Below are positions 60,631-64,000 of a stretch of 64,000 nucleotides of DNA, in pieces (the stretch's first letter is position 1; each line of letters begins with the position of its first letter). Position numbers and translations under genes: made by a program. The DNA is taken from NCBI GenBank assembly GCA_963835575.1, contig CAWIGG010000002.1, positions 832,001-896,000 on the forward strand, in the 5' to 3' direction. The notes beneath the pieces are model-generated. The model saw only the letters and a list, made by a program, of their open reading frames with translations, was not told the DNA's origin and ran no database searches. Source of the stretch: an uncultured Spirochaetota bacterium. GTDB lineage: Bacteria; Spirochaetota; Brevinematia; Brevinematales; JAOACQ01.

Positions 60631-60732
60631 CGATTGACTAAAAGAAAACCCTGTTATAAACTATTTGTATATTGAATAACCGCGTTTAATCATCTAACTG
60701 GTTTTGTTGATAATTGTTAATAAGAGGTTTTA

Positions 60733-60990
60733 ATGACAATCAGAATAGAGCCGCACACGCTGGAGCGCGCGGAAGAAAGAGGGACAAACGAGGTCGAGAT
60801 TATTGACGTAATTAAAACAGGATTTCCGGTAGAAGCGAAAAATAACCGGAAAGGAAAGGCAAAAGTTTTTAATTTTAAAAAAGAGCGGCTCGGCAAATAC
60901 TATGAACAAAAGCGGGTCGAAGTGTTTTACCTTGTTAAGAACAAAGAAATCATAACCGTTACCGTGTATGTTTTTTACGGAAAATGGTAA
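60733..60990 (+). CDS. DUF4258-like (RelE-fold) toxin
   Basis: HTLERAEERG..E.EI..VI..G...IITVTVY; paired with a DUF2283-like gene. Confidence 0.75.
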   Translation: MTIRIEPHTLERAEERGTNEVEIIDVIKTGFPVEAKNNRKGKAKVFNFKKERLGKYYEQKRVEVFYLVKNKEIITVTVYVFYGKW

Positions 60991-61002
60991 TAGGAGGCGA
61001 TC

Positions 61003-61215
61003 ATGAACATAATATACAATCCGGGTACAGACATGTTGTACATCCGCATAGACGAGAAAAAGCAAGAAGTGATTAATCAGCGTGTCAGCGATGAAATGGT
61101 ACTGGACATCGGAGAAGGCAGCAAAATTGTCGGTATTGAAATTCTGGACGCTTCAAAGAATGTGGATTTAGATAAGGTGCTGCCTGTTAAATACAGCTAT
61201 GAAAAGGCTTATTAG
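61003..61215 (+). CDS. DUF2283-like antitoxin
   Basis: YNPGTDMLYI...LD......IVGIEILDAS. Confidence 0.85.
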   Translation: MNIIYNPGTDMLYIRIDEKKQEVINQRVSDEMVLDIGEGSKIVGIEILDASKNVDLDKVLPVKYSYEKAY

Positions 61216-61389
61216 ATAATGCGAAAGCATGGTTAAATTTTATATATTTTAATATCAAACCCGCCGCGGCTTATTCTTCGGAAGAACGGGGGATATACAG
61301 GATTTGCACCCCAGAGTCGCAGAGAACCCTGAGAGATGGTACTCACCGGATTATTAGAAAGCCAGGGCCTTCAAAACAGACCCTTAAAA

Positions 61390-61425
61390 AATCCTGAGAA
61401 TCCTGCAAAATCCTGAATTATCCTG
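61390..61425 (+). repeat. (A/T)ATCCTG tandem repeat x4
   Basis: aatcctg-ag-aatcctg-caa-aatcctg-aat-tatcctg; complementary caggatt at 61298-61304. Confidence 0.7.
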
Positions 61426-61820
61426 ATTTACTTGTGGTGAGCCGGGCCGAATCCATTGGGGTCAGTATAAAAAGCTCTTAGTCAATATGAAAGGGCTGAA
61501 TAGTTACAAAAGAAACATAAATTAAAATCTTCAATTTTACATTTGATGAATCATTAATAAACTTCGTACCGGAGCCTTTCCACTCTTCAACTGAATGCAC
61601 TTGCTTTATTTGATGCTAAGGAAAAATGAGGAACGTAAGAAAACCCAAAACCTTGATTAAACATATGAAAAACTAGTGATCATGCTTTTACTGCCTATCC
61701 ACTGGCAATGGTTTGAGTATTTGATCAGGTACAGTGAAATCACCTTGTCACGGATACTGTAAATATTTGCCCTGGAAGAATAAAAGAGTTAAAATATATC
61801 GATGTAGAGAGGCGCGTTCC

Positions 61821-62315
61821 ATGGAGAAGGAAAAAGTTTATCTTGATTCGACGATACCAAGCTACAAGGTTGGCAGCATTAGCCGGGACTTAATTATCGC
61901 TGCGCGTCAGGAACTTACGGCAGAATGGTGGGAAACGGACAGGAATGACTTTGATTTATATATTTCCGAAGTTGTCATAGAAGAAATCAGGGGCGGAGAT
62001 CAGGAAGAAGCCTTAAAATGCCGGTATTTACTTGAAGGTATTACTGTTCTCGCGCCTAAACCTGAGATAGAGGAAACAACAAGGAAATATATGGAGTTTT
62101 TTAATTTTTCTGAAAAGCTTTACCGGGATATGTCCCATGTGGCTTTCGCCGTACTATATGAAATGGATTATCTTTTGACATGGAACTTTACGCATCTGGC
62201 CAATGTGGATATGGAAAATCAATTGATAAAGTTAAACCGGAAACTTGGTTATGAAATGCCTAAAATCTGCACGCCGGAGCAATTGAGAAAAATGAAGTTT
62301 GGTGGTAATATATGA
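61821..62315 (+). CDS. PIN-domain (VapC-like) toxin
   Basis: VYLDSTIPSY, ISEVVIEE...GD, D..HVA.A....DYLLTWNFTHLAN, ICTPEQL. Confidence 0.85.
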   Translation: MEKEKVYLDSTIPSYKVGSISRDLIIAARQELTAEWWETDRNDFDLYISEVVIEEIRGGDQEEALKCRYLLEGITVLAPKPEIEETTRKYMEFFNFSEKLYRDMSHVAFAVLYEMDYLLTWNFTHLANVDMENQLIKLNRKLGYEMPKICTPEQLRKMKFGGNI

Positions 62316-62494
62316 ATAATTTTGACCCGATTGTTGAGGAAATACGGAACACCGCGCGAAAGATGCAGGAAGAATGCGGAAATGATTTACACCGTTATTT
62401 TCAGAGGATTGCCGAAGGCACTGAAAAACTAAAAAAAGAGGGCTGGAAGGTCGTTTCCGAATTGCCCGAACACAAAAAAGCCGCATGTGTCTGA
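62312..62494 (+). CDS. Small protein coupled to the PIN gene, probable antitoxin
   Basis: DPIVEEIR...CGNDL; ATGA overlap with the PIN stop codon. Confidence 0.65.
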   Translation: MNNFDPIVEEIRNTARKMQEECGNDLHRYFQRIAEGTEKLKKEGWKVVSELPEHKKAACV

Positions 62495-62712
62495 TGCTGG
62501 ACTGATATAGCTATCGGAGAGGGTTCAAGCCGCTGTAAATCCTTTCCATTCAACGTTAATTTAGTTGATAGGCGGGATGATTTATTCTCTCGTTTTTTGG
62601 CGCAAAATTACCAGAGGCCGCAGTATCCTCGTGCTAGTGATAAATTAGAATTGGGAAAGCACGAAGCCGCTGGTCATTAGTCATTAGGGAATTTATAACA
62701 CAAAAGCTGAAG

Positions 62713-62747
62713 CTAGCGACTAGTGACCAGAGACTAGCGGCTAGACA
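62713..62747 (+). repeat. CTAGNGA heptamer tandem repeat x5
   Basis: ctagcga ctagtga ccagaga ctagcgg ctagaca; overlaps the hicB stop codon. Confidence 0.7.
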
Positions 62748-62953
62748 ACCAGCTTTTTGCCTTTCGGTTCCGGGACTGTACGCCCGTTTTCGACAGCGGT
62801 TTCTATCCATTCATCAATTATTACTTCGGTGTTCTTTAAAGCTTCTTCATAAGTGAGGCCGTCAGCCATACAGCCGGGCAGTTCCGGGACTTCAGCCAGG
62901 AAACGGTTATCTTCATTGCTCCAGTATATAATGATTTCATATCTAATGTTCAT
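62741..62953 (-). CDS. hicB: HicB antitoxin
   Basis: YWSNED..F.AEVPELPGCMADGLTYEEAL.N...I.EWIE.A...GR.VPEPKG. Confidence 0.92.
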   Translation of the reverse strand: MNIRYEIIIYWSNEDNRFLAEVPELPGCMADGLTYEEALKNTEVIIDEWIETAVENGRTVPEPKGKKLVV

Positions 62954-63124
62954 CGCTGTCTCCTAATTTATTGTTTATGATAATATTTCTTACCTGCCGT
63001 ACTTGATAAGCTTTGGCTTTTGAGTTTTCAGGCTGAAGGTTAATAATTTCTTCGATATCTTTCATTCTGAAAATATGATGGCTGCCTTTTATTTTCTCTT
63101 CAAAGCCGAGGTGTAAGAGGAAAT
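62943..63124 (-). pseudogene. hicA: HicA toxin, 3' part, cut off from its N-terminus by IS256
   Basis: LLHLGFEEKIKGSHHIF...INLQP...AKAYQVRQVR; abuts the IS end at 63125. Confidence 0.85.
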
Positions 63125-64000
63125 GAGTTTTTGTCAAATGTTGTGTATGACATACCCTCTCATTTTTTTATGCTGCCTTTTTTACAAGCTCTCCGTTCTC
63201 AAAAACAGCGCCTTCCAATACAAGGCAAATCTTTTCATAACCTCTTAATTTTCTCCATCGCCTGGATGCCTTATCCAGTAATTTATAGACCATTATTAGA
63301 ATCGTTTCCCTGGTTCCGCAGCCTCTCATCTTTTTAGTTCTTAATCGAACTGTAGAGAAGGTAGATTCTATTACGTTTGTCGTACGGATATGTACCCAAT
63401 GTTCCGCCGGACAGTTATAAAATTCGATCATAAGCTCCCAATCTTTTTCTAAACATTCGACAGCTGCTGGATATTTAGGATTAAAAACCGCCTGGAATAA
63501 TTCAAAAGCTTTGATAGCATTATCCTTATCAGGAGCATTGCATATCTCATGAAGCATCTCTTTTGCCTTTGACTGTAATACTTTGGGCAGCTTGTTTAGA
63601 ATGTTCTTTATCTTATGAACCCAGCATCTCTGCCATCTGGATTCAGGATATACTTCTTTGGCTGCTTTCCAGAATCCAAGGCTTCCGTCTCCGATAAAAA
63701 GAATAGGACCTTTCAAACCTTTTTCTTTTAGGTTTCTTAATATCCCTAACCAAGTCTCGGAATTCTCTCTGTAACCTTCTTCAACAAGAATAATCTCCTT
63801 TTCACCATTCTCATTGGCTCCGATCATTACAAGAGTGCATAAACGGTCTTCGCTGCCCTGTACATTGAAGTAAATGCCGTCAACCCATATATAGCAATAC
63901 TTTTTATCGCTTAAATCGGATGTCCGCCACTCATCATATTCTTTACCCCATCCTTGTTTCATTCTGCTTATACTTGAGGCTGATAATCCTTTCGCTTCTT
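63125..64000 (-). mobile_element. Second copy of the IS256 element, truncated by the window edge
   Basis: Reverse complement of 9436-10311, starting with the TIR GAGTTTTTGTCAAATGTTGTGTATG. Confidence 0.95.
63168..64000 (-). CDS. IS256 transposase, C-terminal part
   Basis: Translated ORF identical to the last 264 aa of 9018-10268. Confidence 0.95.
   Translation of the reverse strand, partial: EAKGLSASSISRMKQGWGKEYDEWRTSDLSDKKYCYIWVDGIYFNVQGSEDRLCTLVMIGANENGEKEIILVEEGYRENSETWLGILRNLKEKGLKGPILFIGDGSLGFWKAAKEVYPESRWQRCWVHKIKNILNKLPKVLQSKAKEMLHEICNAPDKDNAIKAFELFQAVFNPKYPAAVECLEKDWELMIEFYNCPAEHWVHIRTTNVIESTFSTVRLRTKKMRGCGTRETILIMVYKLLDKASRRWRKLRGYEKICLVLEGAVFENGELVKKAA

Noticed and set aside
62500..62700. 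Possible four-helix-bundle gene relic (IAIGEGSSR-like peptide)
   Set aside because: Only a few residues resemble the motif and there is no sustained reading frame
63125..63337. ORFs 63131-63337 and 10099-10305, and the MTKTH start of the hicA ORF
   Set aside because: Antisense or terminal IS256 sequence, not independent genes

Overview
Bacterial chromosomal segment, most likely from a spirochaete. This is an inference from the tamB-bamA-skp operon, the many lipoproteins, a Maf-type protein and a TPR-NHL-vWA protein. The left part holds housekeeping genes (Maf/DUF115, SpoIID, coaE, OmpA). It is followed by an accessory stretch of an NHL lipoprotein, a PIN toxin-antitoxin pair and an IS256-disrupted outer-membrane protein, separated by nested palindromic repeats. 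Next come two paralogous beta-helix lipoproteins and a FecR / beta-barrel / CHASE2-adenylate cyclase cluster, a candidate trans-envelope cAMP signalling system. The middle contains tamB, bamA (one frameshift), skp, radA, an SDR, a TPR-NHL-vWA protein, a PLD lipoprotein and ruvA. The right part is a ~25 kb surface-glycan locus: two Gtr-type lipid-carrier glycosylation modules, Wzx, a Wzy/ligase-like protein, GDP-fucose and dTDP-3-amino-sugar genes, methyltransferases and glycosyltransferases. It is interleaved with intact and decayed toxin-antitoxin modules and hidden gmd and fcl relics, and ends in a second IS256 copy inserted in hicA. A non-coding MITE family (GGRCAGTTCYAAAA ends, ATAA target duplication) has visibly altered two genes. 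No rRNA, tRNA, CRISPR array or reverse transcriptase was seen.
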